A stretch of DNA of 57,651 nucleotides, counting the filler, from Catajapyx aquilonaris (lineage: Eukaryota), in NCBI GenBank assembly GCA_000934665.2. It is 2 parts of 2 records of this genome, joined end to end, with 100 filler letters (N's around TTAATTAATTAA, not from the genome) between each part and the next. Parts side by side here need not be neighbours in the genome. Positions count along the whole stretch, not along the records: positions 1 to 28,793 come from JYFJ02004876.1; positions 28,894 to 57,651 come from JYFJ02004877.1. One strand, 5' to 3'. Below, in pieces: positions 23,001 through 34,047 of this stretch. A program made the position numbers and the translations under genes. How positions within the stretch are numbered: the first letter of the stretch is position 1; each line of letters opens with the position of its first letter. Under the pieces are notes generated by a model. That model saw nothing but the letters and a program-made list of their open reading frames with translations, made no database searches and was not told the DNA's origin.

Positions 23001-25228
23001 TCATGACACAATGGAAAGACCAAAGGAATTTCTTGATTGCAATTAACTTGTCACTTACATCATGCATTGTAAATTGAACTGATGATGCTTGGTATGTGTA
23101 TGGATGGGGTGGATTTAATCCTTCTTTGCCCCCAGCAGAGTGCCCACTGTGAATCAAGTGTTTATCATCATTTACACTTGCCATGTTTAATTTTCCAACT
23201 TACAGGTGTAGTTGAGGACTCGCAGAAGGCCTATCAGGAAGCGTTTGAAATTAGCAAGGCCAAGATGGCCCCCACTCACCCTATCAGGCTTGGCCTTGCC
23301 CTCAACTTTTCAGTCTTCTATTATGAAATCCTCAACTCACCTGAGAAAGCCTGCCAGCTTGCCAAACAGGTTGGTGCCTTCCCCAGTTGTGACTGGGAGG
23401 AAAAGAGAGGAGCTAATACATCACTTTGTGCCCCCACATGTTGAATCATACACACTCACTCACTCACCTCTTTTATTCAATGCTGGCATTTGGTGACTAG
23501 GTGTAGTGAGGGATGCTGCTACAACAGGCAACGGCAGGGTTGGCTTCCTTTGTCAAGTAGTCCATTGCATATTATTGTGGAATTTCCTCAATTTAAGACA
23601 TGAGCTGCTCTTATTAAATAATTTGTTGCAAAGGATTTGCTTGAAAAGGAAGCCAATGGTCAGGTGCAAAAGTCTCCACAAGCTGTCCCAAATGGTGACA
23701 ACCAAGAGCCACCACCTGCAGGGGAGGGTGACAGATGATGAATTCCCACCATTTGCCTTTTCTCTCTCTCCCTGCCCAGGTGTAGTGGAGGACGCACAGA
23801 AATCCTACCAGGAGGCTTTTGACATTGCCAAATCAAAGATGCAGCCCACGCATCCCATCCGCCTGGGCTTGGCCCTCAATTTCTCAGTGTTCTATTACGA
23901 AATCCTGAATTCACCTGACAGGGCGTGTCATTTGGCCAAGCAGGTAGGGGTAGAGAGCAGGAAGGCCTTTTCCATGAGTTCTTTCATTTACTTTTTCTCT
24001 TTTGTGTCATCGTGCTTCTCTCTTTGAGCTATTCGCAGAGCTGTCCTTTTTACCTACCCCAACCACTGTTCCCATTTCCAGCTAATCAGGATAAAGCAAT
24101 CCCTGTCTTCATCTTTATTTTGTTGAATCTCTAGTAATTTTGTTTGACTGTGCAAAAAGAATTATATTTTTGGGGGGTAAGGAGAGAATGTTGCATTTTT
24201 AAAAAATCGTTATATTGTGTGTAAACAGATTTGCTACAGTAATGTTAATTTCATAAACTGAAATTATTAGGCTTTGGAGAAGCCATTGTGTCTGCCTGTG
24301 TTTTGGTAGGGAATCATGGAAGATAATAATTGGTACAAGTCGTTAATAATTTTGCAGTGTAGAAAACTTAAACTCTCCTTATCAGGAGGTGTGAAGCAAG
24401 AATAAAAGACCTCAAATTTTTTTTGCCTAAATAACAAGAAGGAATGGCCTGTGCGAGTTAGTAGCATGCTTCAATATGAAACACCACAGAAGGAAGCTCT
24501 GTGAATAGATGAATGAATGAGAACCACAGGCAGCCAAAAGTATAGCATGCACAGTACTTCAGTTGTGAGTTATTATTTAAATTTAATTGATTGTCCTCTT
24601 ATAATTTGGCCTCGAAATTTTTAAAAAAAGCATGGAAAGTCCTTTTCCTCTACCCAGACCCCCAACCCAAGCCTGGATTCTTAGCTGATCCCTCACTAAG
24701 AAAGAAAAGGCATGAAACCAATATTCCACGTGACCAAAAAACCACTAGTAGTTAGTACTAACATTTATACTATAGCATGAAGTGATCCCAAGTAAATTCT
24801 TCTAAAGTAAATGTGGCATAGTGACCACAGGGGAAAATATAAATTGGGATTAGTCTAACAACAGTTTATTTCACCTTCTGCATTGATTGAGACTGATTTG
24901 CATGCATTCTTGAAAATATGATTTGGTAGATTGGACAGCTGTTACAAAATTTATAAAGCATTTTAGGAGGGAAACTGTAGGCTTTCTTATACTAATCGAA
25001 ACCATTGAATCATGTCTAATGCATTTTTTTCTTCTGTCCCAATAACCTCATCTGTTGTGGACAAAAAAAAAGGCATTCGATGAGGCCATAGCAGAGCTGG
25101 ACACCCTGAACGAGGATAGCTACAAAGACAGCACCCTCATCATGCAGCTCCTGAGGGACAACCTGACCCTTTGGACGTCCGACACACAAGGGGACGGGGA
25201 CGAACCACAAGAAGGCGGGGACAACTGA
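14066..25228 (+). CDS. 14-3-3zeta: 14-3-3 protein zeta (leonardo ortholog), 247 aa, with mutually exclusive exons
   Basis: Exons 14066-14365, 20859-20982, [23206-23369 OR 23780-23943], 25073-25228 (TGA); 744 nt. Contains the hallmarks [70 protein letters not shown]. Confidence 0.98.
18835..19055. mobile_element. Old PIF/Harbinger-like MITE, copy 2
   Basis: Same orientation and interior as 11937-12149; TAAAG...CTTTA ends; its right TIR matches the left TIR of copy 1. Confidence 0.55.
20027..20747. mobile_element. PIF/Harbinger-like MITE
   Basis: TIR GGGCCATATTCAGAGTC / GACTCTGAATACAGCCC with a 3-bp TSD TAT on both sides; internal CACTAG/CACTAA repeats; CpG-rich relative to the flanks. Confidence 0.75.
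21552..21796. mobile_element. Sola-like MITE (AATT TSD)
   Basis: AATT|GAAGGGTATGGTGGGAAAAGGTGATAACCC ... GGGTTATCATCTTTTTCCACCACACCCCTC|AATT. Confidence 0.6.
22558..22743. mobile_element. hAT (Charlie-like) MITE
   Basis: TIR CAGCGTTTCTCAAC / GTTGAGAAACGTTT; degenerate 8-bp TSD ATCTAAAG / GTCTGAAG. Confidence 0.6.
23206..23369 (+). CDS. 14-3-3zeta: 14-3-3zeta mutually exclusive exon A (164 nt)
   Basis: CAG|GT GTA GTT...AAA CAG|GTTGGT; encodes [54 protein letters not shown]. Confidence 0.95.
23501..23658 (+). pseudogene. Cryptic, highly diverged third copy of the 14-3-3zeta alternative exon (pseudo-exon or rare exon)
   Basis: TAG|GTGTAGTG start matches exons A and B. The stop-free frame [35 protein letters not shown] aligns gap-free from His onward with [32 protein letters not shown] donors at 23659 (in frame) and 23664. 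Confidence 0.55.
23780..23943 (+). CDS. 14-3-3zeta: 14-3-3zeta mutually exclusive exon B (164 nt)
   Basis: CAG|GT GTA GTG...AAG CAG|GTAGGG; encodes [54 protein letters not shown]; 9 aa differences from exon A. Confidence 0.95.
24631..24698 (+). promoter_or_regulatory. Putative intronic docking element for mutually exclusive splicing (IEa-like)
   Basis: 24662-24698 is complementary in four collinear segments to 23504-23543; 24631-24655 is complementary to 23948-23976 directly after the exon B donor. Confidence 0.6.
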
Positions 25229-25958
25229 TCGGGTGCGCACCTTGTTCCCGCTTAAAAGAGAGAAAATTTCTGGGGAAAAACAACTACTACAAGTAATTAT
25301 TATTGAAAGAGAAAAAAAGAAGAAAAATTCTCAAGTCGCTCCCACTCCCACTTGTATACCCCTCCCAATCTCTTGTTCATAACCAAAAAAATAAGTACCC
25401 CTCCATCTGTGTATCCAACCCTGATCCCATCCTCCTCCTCCCCATGCCTTTTAACCACACGTGATTCCAGATCCCTCAGTCTAAACCAAATTCCTTCCAT
25501 TCCCCATCCTCACCCACCAACCCCCCCAAAAAAACCAACAGAAAAGAGAAAAAATAACTTTGGTCCTTGTCTTTGCAATATTATTGGGTAATGGAATCCA
25601 TGTCTGCATTTCACCAAAGTTTAAATCAGTTTGTGGACTCTTTGGCAGTTACCTTGTTCTTTGTGTAAGAAAAGCTACACCTTTGTCTTTGCCCTTCTGT
25701 AACCTCCCCCTCTAGACCTCTCCTCCCCAGTCCATCCACACCAGATCAAATTTGTTTGCCTGCCCAGAACTTCCATCTCAAGTTCAAAAAAAGTAAGCAA
25801 TGCCCACCCTGTCAATTTAGTGTGATGTGCATGGCTTTCATTTAAGTTTTATTTGTGGAATGGAAACAAATGGTTATTTTTTTCTCTCCCCATTTGACTG
25901 AAACTCACCTTCTCCCACCCAACACCAATTTTGACCCACCAGTCAAAGTAACCCCGCT

Positions 25959-25989
<31 letters not shown>

Positions 25990-28075
25990 AACTCCCCTCC
26001 ACAAAGCCACTCCTTGACGCTTTTGTGAGATACCAAAAAAAGAAAGAAAATACATTTCGTACTGGCTTCTGAATCGGTGAAAATGTCTCCTGCAAGTTTC
26101 ACAAAGCTCGGTGTAAAAGCTACCAAGTCTGTTTAATTTCCTCCTTCATTCTGACTTTAATTCCTGCCCAATAATTCAGGCACTCATTAGTAAGCATGGT
26201 TTACTGTCACTAGTAAGAGAGAAAAATTCCCCTCGTACCGAAACTGGAACATTTGATCCAAATTGGACAGACTGCACCAAAGGGTGTTTTTGTCACTATT
26301 TGTGGATAATACTACTTTGTTATTTTTTAAAAACCCAATGGGAAATGATGGTTTTTTTAGACAACAGGAATCCATGAGTAGTAGATACATAATTTAAATA
26401 GGGCCACAGACATAGATTTCAAGAAGAAGAAATAATAATAAAAAGAACAAGTGCAGATGTCTTTGTATGTGTCTGATTGTCACAGTTGTTGTTGCATTTT
26501 CTTTACACAGTACTGTATGAATACAGGCCTTAATGAATAAAAATTGAGTGTTCTTCAAAACAAAATACGCAACAGAAGTTATAGGGCACTTGAAAAATTT
26601 GCTTTCAGCATGAAAATTTTGGATCCGCAAGCGCGGACTGTCCTTCTATAACACCATCGGATTCATAAGAGTGAGGGCAATGTAGCCACTTGCAGGAAAA
26701 CATTTCATTCTGTAGTCGGCCGTACCTTGACTGCCTTTTCTCTCACACCCTGTTTTTATTCAATTTTGCATTGAAAGAAATCGCTCGAGGAAAGGACTTG
26801 CAAAGAAGAATATCTAGTTAAAAGTGTAGTAAGGTGGACTCCATTTTGCTCAAACAATATGGGAATTTTTATCCAGAGAAAGAAATGAAAAGAAACGGGT
26901 GGACAGGGAAGTGTGGTGCATATTTATTTGGTTCAGGGGATTGTAATTTTTCTCAGTGAGAACATTGATGCTGCCTTTCTTCCCCGCCATTGGTCGATAT
27001 TTGCATGGCATTGCAGGAGTTTTGTCTGACTATCACGACATGTATGTCATCTGCAAGGAAAGTGAAAGTGTTTCACCTTTTGTTAGTTACCTCTTGGTGC
27101 CATTGGGGGAGAATAAGAAGGAAAGATGTGCTCTGTTCATCCACCTCTTGGTTTCCCTTTTCTGTCTTCAAATTTTGCAGTTCATCATGGGACTCCTCTT
27201 TTTATTTGTTTCTGTCGAAGCAAAGTGGTAGCTAATGCTTGTAAGAGTTTTAGATATTGTATCTGTCTGTTTACCAAGTAAATAATTGCTTTCCACACTG
27301 AAAAAAAAAAAAAAAAAAAAAAGGCGATGGAACCGTGGGCAATGACTGGCATGGTGATGGGCAGGTAGAGCCCCCAAGCTGAGCCACATTAAAAACTTGG
27401 AGAGTGTGATGGATGCAGGTGGTGCTTGTTGGCTCAGGCGTGGCTATAGCTACACAGGGTTTTCTCTGCGTATCGTCTTGTTTGTCGTTGGCTTCCTTTT
27501 GCAGTTCTGGATAATGACCCTTTTCAGGATTCTACTGCAGAAGAAACATCCAAGGATATGTCCTGGTCAGATTGTTTGCCGTTATTAGCAGGGCCTGGCT
27601 CGTGGTAGACAAATTCTGAAGGAAGGCTACCTAGGTGCTGAGGAGTTGGCAAGCAAAATATGCCTAGTTCAGAGTCATTTTAGAAGAAAACGCTGAATGT
27701 TTTACAACGTGCAAATCAAAGGAACCCTTGATGAATGAAATGTTAGAAAGCTGTAATGAGGATCAACCTCTCATCTAAGGTGTGCCATTGATCATGATCT
27801 CCCTGTCCTAATCATGATTTGGGCTGCTTGAATATGCTACCAGCTCACAGCATAATTATTGTGGTATGCTGGTAAAATACGGGTGACCAGATTCAGATTG
27901 TAGGATTTGTGAATGTGTGGTGGCTATTGCTGAGCCTTGACTTGGTGTAAATCTCCACTATATACAGGATTCGTGTTTATCAGGGGGAGTAGCATTTGAG
28001 GCAGTTTATAAAAGCCCTACACATCTTGCTCGATCTATAACAGCGTTGGCTATAATCTAATGGATCCTCGGTTAT

Positions 28076-28522
28076 CCCTTAACTACGTAGGTGGAGCTTG
28101 AGAGGCTCCAAGCACTATTTAAACGCATGTAACTTTTTCATTGAATTTTATTTTCCCCTGCCCTTCCGTGACTTTGTCAGAAAAACCTTCCTAAGCATGA
28201 AAAGGAAAGAAAATTTTTTTTAGTCCCTATTCTTTGGTTTAAAAAAATTCGTAACGAGGAACAGGTCCCTCCTGGAACCGCTCAGGCTCTATATCTCGTA
28301 GGTGAAGCCTGAGCGACTCAAACACATGAATGTAACCTTTTAATTAAGAATTTTTCCCTGTCGGAATATGCTGACTCAGCGTGTGATTTTTACGTTTTCG
28401 GAAGCCTAATGTTCTGAACTGCACTTTCTGTATGTGAAAAGTCCAATATAACAATTTAGTTGATAAGCAGAAATTTAAATATACCGTTGGAGCCTCTCAG
28501 GCTCCACCTACGTAGTTAAGGG
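28076..28522. mobile_element. piggyBac-like MITE (CCC..GGG ends, TTAT TSD)
   Basis: TTAT|CCCTTAACTACGTAGGTGGAGCTTGAGAGGCTCCAA ... TTGGAGCCTCTCAGGCTCCACCTACGTAGTTAAGGG|TTAT; second copy at 34261-35048. Confidence 0.8.
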
Positions 28523-28793
28523 TTATAGCAGACTCAAAAGGCATGTCCCACCATACTTCCACATATAGTCCGGCGGCTTAATGCCGATATGTGGCTGAAT
28601 TATGCACTTCGAGCCAAAAGCGATTTTAATTTTTTTTCGTGATGTACGCACCATAAGGAGCATTTTGAGGGTTGGAGCCACCTCCAAAGGTGTCTGCTGG
28701 TAATTGTTGTACACCCCCGCAAAGTTTTATATGTGGCATAAGTGAAAATCGCGTGTTATCTGCGTACTTGTTGGGCTACGGTGGTCATTCTGG

Positions 28794-28893
28794 NNNNNNN
28801 NNNNNNNNNNNNNNNNNNNNNNNNNNNNNNNNNNNNNTTAATTAATTAANNNNNNNNNNNNNNNNNNNNNNNNNNNNNNNNNNNNNNNNNNNN
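28794..28893. other. Artificial contig spacer / assembly gap
   Basis: Exactly N44 + TTAATTAATTAA (stop codons in all six frames) + N44 = 100 nt. Confidence 0.95.
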
Positions 28894-31800
28894 GCAGTGC
28901 CACCTGGCGGATTTTCAACTTTTTTGGGGGGCGAGCTTTCCATTGGAGGCATAGGCCGGTTGGCATACTAGGTCTTGTAGGTACTATACCTTGGATGCCT
29001 GTATCAAAATAGTGAACAACTTTCTATAAGGATATGGACATCTGTTACAAAAATGTGACTGGGAAAGTCATATGGCTCATTTTATTTTAGCTAGCAAATG
29101 GTAGAAATTGCTGCAAAGTATAAAAGGTGTCAATATGTGACTTGAAAGACTATGTTTGTCACTTGTCTCCCTTGTAAGATAGATTCCGCAACATTTCAAA
29201 GACACCTGTTATGCCCGGGTCTGAAATATGTACCGTACAGTACTGTATCCCGGATCCACCCATCTAAGAACTTGTCAGTTCGGTTGCCTAACTTCAAGGA
29301 TACGTGAAAATGATACAGTCTTCTAAGAATCTAAGGAATGCCAGTCTAGCCTCGTGGAGCAACCCAGGTAATTCAAACCTTGCGCCTATTACCCCACTAC
29401 GACGCCATATTTTCGATATCTTTAATTCAAGAAAAGTATTTCGGGGGGGAAAAAAAAGAAATTTTAAAAACTCGGCATGTCATGTCTGATCCCAATGTGG
29501 GGCATCATCCCGTGCCCCCCCNNNNNNNCCCCCCCTGCACATCTTTGGAAACCTTCCTACGTCTCCCTTACCCAGATAACTATTGACTGCGCCGTCGGCA
29601 TCGCGACGCTGCATAGAACCACCCCTCTCCCCGATCCTCCCTCCTCCCATCCACCTTTTTTTTCTCTCCTTTTCTCGCAAATCTCCCCTAGCAACCCTCA
29701 TTCCTCTCCCTTCCCCTGCAGATGTAGGCCGAAATTTCCATCTTGCAGAACATAGGTGAGTGCTCGCCCTATATGATCGATATCAATAACAACAACGTGA
29801 CAATAGTGTGCAACTATAGTACAGGTGGGTGTGTAGTAATAGTACGCGACGCAGGGTGGTTTGGCGGGATGGAGAAGATGTCATGGGACAGTATGGAAAG
29901 GTAGCATATGTAACATGATGTATGCACATTTCCAAGGATATCTGACCCATGGGAGGCGGAGCCTTGGGTTTTAAAATTTGACTGTACCGGTTCTTGCATC
30001 CCTGATGTTGTCAACGCTTTGTTGACGCTACACGAAAGGGCGCGGGCGTGATTGGAATAGATGCGAGCTATGATGTGGCACCGGTATGATTACCGGATGC
30101 TTTATGCATAATGACAGGGTTCAGTTATAAATGATGAGCCCCGTTCATGTTGGGGTATGTGTAACACAGACGGGGATTACAGACTGGCATCATTATTTTG
30201 TTGTCATTGAGAAGAATGAAATCGGTATATCACTGCTGCTTCATGTATTATCAATCACATTCGGTGATGATTCATTACCATGGTGTATGAATCGAATTGC
30301 AGTGTTCAGGCTCCCATATGCCACCAAAAACCAGCGTCGATCAATATATTTTGTGTAAGTTATACATACGGCAATTAACGGGTCAAAGTTCATGTAGGCT
30401 GTATACGATATGTGTCATATTCCTTTGATAAGCAATCGCTGAGTTTTGTCTCGCCTTGATTCAGCGCCTGGAATGAACGGGGGCTGATACGCCACCCTAT
30501 ATGGTAATTGAGTTACACCACATGCCCAGCTATCGTGTGACAAAGTAGTTTCCAATAACGCCAACAAAAAGGACGTCACAAGCTGCAACTCCTGGCGCTG
30601 AAATAATGCTCTTCATTCAATTTCTGGAGGAGCGAAGGAGGATAAGGCTTGCAAGTGCGGGAAGAAGGGGGTGGGTTAAGGAGGGAGATACGAGACTAGG
30701 AAATGTAAATTGCAGTGTTCTCTGGCTAGGACAGCAATGTTAGTCAGAGGGCTTTACCAGCCGGGATTTCCGCTTTCGCTCGTTCTTGCGGTTGGTAAAA
30801 AACCAAAAATAGATCAAGGAACTACACTATATAACTTAACCAGAATTCGCACCACCTTGGAATATTCCATGCTCAGAGAAGTTGTCTCTCATTTTCCAGC
30901 GTCGGTACTTTGAAAACAGACCTTTTATAATACTGTATACCCTCGTGCATATATGCTTGTATCTATGTGGATGTATCACCATTCCACTAATGAGGCCCAG
31001 AACAATATCGGAGAAAATTGGGACGGAAATTTGCCGGAAAATCAACATAGCCACAAGATGGTATATATGTGTTTGCTGATGCTACACACAAACACCGTGT
31101 CGATCCAGGCATTTTTAGAATAGGGATACCAGCAATGTCGAGTAGCATACTCTCGCCGCCAACCTATTGTTTCGTCACTTGATCGCTCCACAGGTCTGCC
31201 AAACTTTTTCGACGAAGTGAAGGCCACTCTGGGAAAGGTTTTGGACCAAGGCTCAATGATGTTCCAATCGAACTATTCAAAACTGACTTTGAGTAATGCC
31301 CGTGAACGAGCTGACATTGTGCAATCAGGTATTGTCATGTCATTCTCCAACAATATAATATTATTATAGTGGGACGTCTTTGAGCTGTCCAGACCAAGTC
31401 CATAACTTGAAGAAATGATAATATTGACTTATTGTTTCGTTAGCTACAGAAAATATAGTATTTATCAGGCAAACTTTATTTTTATGAGCAGAGAGAGAGA
31501 TCAGATTTTTAAGCTCTTCAATATTATTTTGAATTTATGCAGTTCATTATAGAGAGTTGTGCACTGCCCAAGTCCACAGGTAAGTGTGGAAAGGTAAGTA
31601 TAACAATCCTGAGTGAAATTGGTTCTGATTGTTTATTCTGGGGGTAAACATATAGGCTACCATAACTTCTTGTTCCTCTTCCATTGTTGAATTGGGAACT
31701 TGGGCAGTGCACTACGCTGTAATGTAGGCCTACTGATGTACACGACCCTGGCAATTATGTTCATATTATGTGGCTTGTGTCCTGCAAGTGAGCAGAGCTG

Positions 31801-34047
31801 CTGCTGGATCTTGAGCGGGAGGGTGCTGAGGCTGCCTGACGTCACGCCGCGCCGGGTCGTGACGGCAACAAAATTATTCCGCCATAGCATTAGAGTACTG
31901 AAATAAAAGCTAGCTATGAAAATCCAGGTACAGTAGGCTACCTAAACCCTACGGAACCGACCCGGTAATCCAGGTTCTCGCTCGGGCTTGATTCTCATAG
32001 TCTACATGATTCGAATATTATATGAACCTTGCGTCCCCTTCTAGATTCGAGTAGGCCCTATTCATGCGACATCTCATAATTATCAAGTGTAGGGTCAGCA
32101 CCGGTCAGCACACAATTACCGGTATACTATACAGTAGGCCTACTGTATCGGACGCAAAAAGAATGTCCGGGGAGAGTCTTCGTTCAGCCTGGTGGAGGCA
32201 AACCATTGCACAGATGTGTACACACACACTTGTGTGTACGTCCGTGCTTATCTGCTGAGCTTTTTCCCTCCTCCCTTAGCTACCCAGGCGCAATGGTTTG
32301 CCTCCACCAGGCTGAACGAAGACTCTCCCCGGACATTCTTTTTGCGTGCCTATGACACTGACAAGCATTATTTTACGATGTATACTCGGGTACACGAACT
32401 ACCACTAATGGGGAGGAGAAGGACAATAAGTGAAGAGATGAGGGAGGAGGGGGAGGAGGGTCTTTTACCCCAAAGTGGTGAGGAAGGCCTTATGTAATCA
32501 TAATATCAAAGACTTTCATTGAACGTTGAACCCTATAGCTGCGTGACCTTTTAAGGGTCACCGTTAATTAACCTAATCACAAAAGTTGTAAATCCAGGAG
32601 GGTGGAAGGGATCTATGGGTGGAACTACGTCGCAGGCTTGTTCGATTTTTCTTTCCTGCATTAATTAACTTCCCCGTTACAGGGATATCATTATCATATA
32701 TACGTAGCGTATTATCCGGGGTTTCGTTCACTGTCACATTTTTTTTTTTGTTATCTCAATTATTACAGTACAGTACATTGTGTTGAAAATTAGGCAAGCA
32801 TGAAACATCTCCAAACAAGCCCTACCACTATTAAAATACAAATAATTTTCGTATTTAAGTTAACATGTAATGATTGTGAGGATTGGCCTTTTGCCTATTC
32901 TTGGGGGGCGGGGTCCAGGCAGGGTGGTAAAGGGTTCTGCTCTCGACTGCATAATGTAGCCTACTGTACTGTACCTACTGTGCGATATAGCATTGCCCTG
33001 CTTTCAAGCGATCTTCAAAGAGCTGGTGAATCTCTGCACGTAATAATCCCATCTCTGACAAGCATTACATTTCTAATTGGATGTCAAGAACATCGCTGTG
33101 TTCAAATCGATATCGCTATGGAAACCCCCATAAAAGGTGTAATCCCCCCCCCCCCCTCCATGTTCCAGATTTGTCTTATAAAAGATTTTCCCAAGAAGAA
33201 GATGCACGTGACATTTCCCCAATATTATTTTATGGTTCGTAATGTAAGGAATACCTGATGGTTTTGTCATTTCATCGGAGTGTTCCGGGTCATTTGATAT
33301 TACCCTCTCGTTATATGCATGGTGTTATATTAATGTTATATTAAGGGTGTAATATGCATACGGTATACTGTATTATTATATTAATAATACCTCTTTATTG
33401 GGTCGGTGCAAGGTGAGTACGGCACCGGGAGGTCGGTATGTGGGAGGGATAATCCTGTAAAAGGAATTCCACTCGCTACACTTTTCCCCTCCGATAGAAG
33501 CCCTGCCATAATAATAGCTGGAGTGGCTTGAATATTAAATTGGGATATAGTGACGTCCTTCGTTTGAGGCAAAATCCCGATATCCGCATCACTGATTCCT
33601 GTCACACGTGGAAGTCAGAAAGGTATTTTTAAACTCTACTGAGCGACCCACTGAGGCTGAAAATAAGTTGAAATCGACAATTGGGGCATGTTCGCATTGT
33701 CAATGTGGAATGTTTCCTATCCATCAATGATGAGCATGGACACATGTGAGACATATGACTTATTGTACCGGTCTAGCCCGGAACACGATGGACGTTCAAA
33801 TTAACAAGTTGATAATAATTATATTTATATACCTTTCAACACATTCCTTGATATGGAATCATACTGTGCGCCTCAGCAGTTGATTCCATTTTTTTCCGAC
33901 TGGTAGCGCCACCATGTAATCCAAGATGTCAGCGCAGTGTGTGCTAGAACCCGCCTGACTTTTGACACGAAGCTGAACCAACCCGTCAACCTGTGCTGTG
34001 CCCAGCTGGTCTCCAAAGCTTCTGGGCCAATAGATGGGATCAAGAAA

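Noticed and set aside
27301..27322. Poly(A) run as a retrocopy tail or mRNA end
   Set aside because: No TSD or processed ORF; a genomic homopolymer that may cause oligo-dT mispriming.
31737..31906. Small ORF with a signal-peptide-like start (MYTTLAIMFILCGLCPA)
   Set aside because: Short, no recognisable motif, and it overlaps a CpG-rich promoter-like stretch; likely chance.
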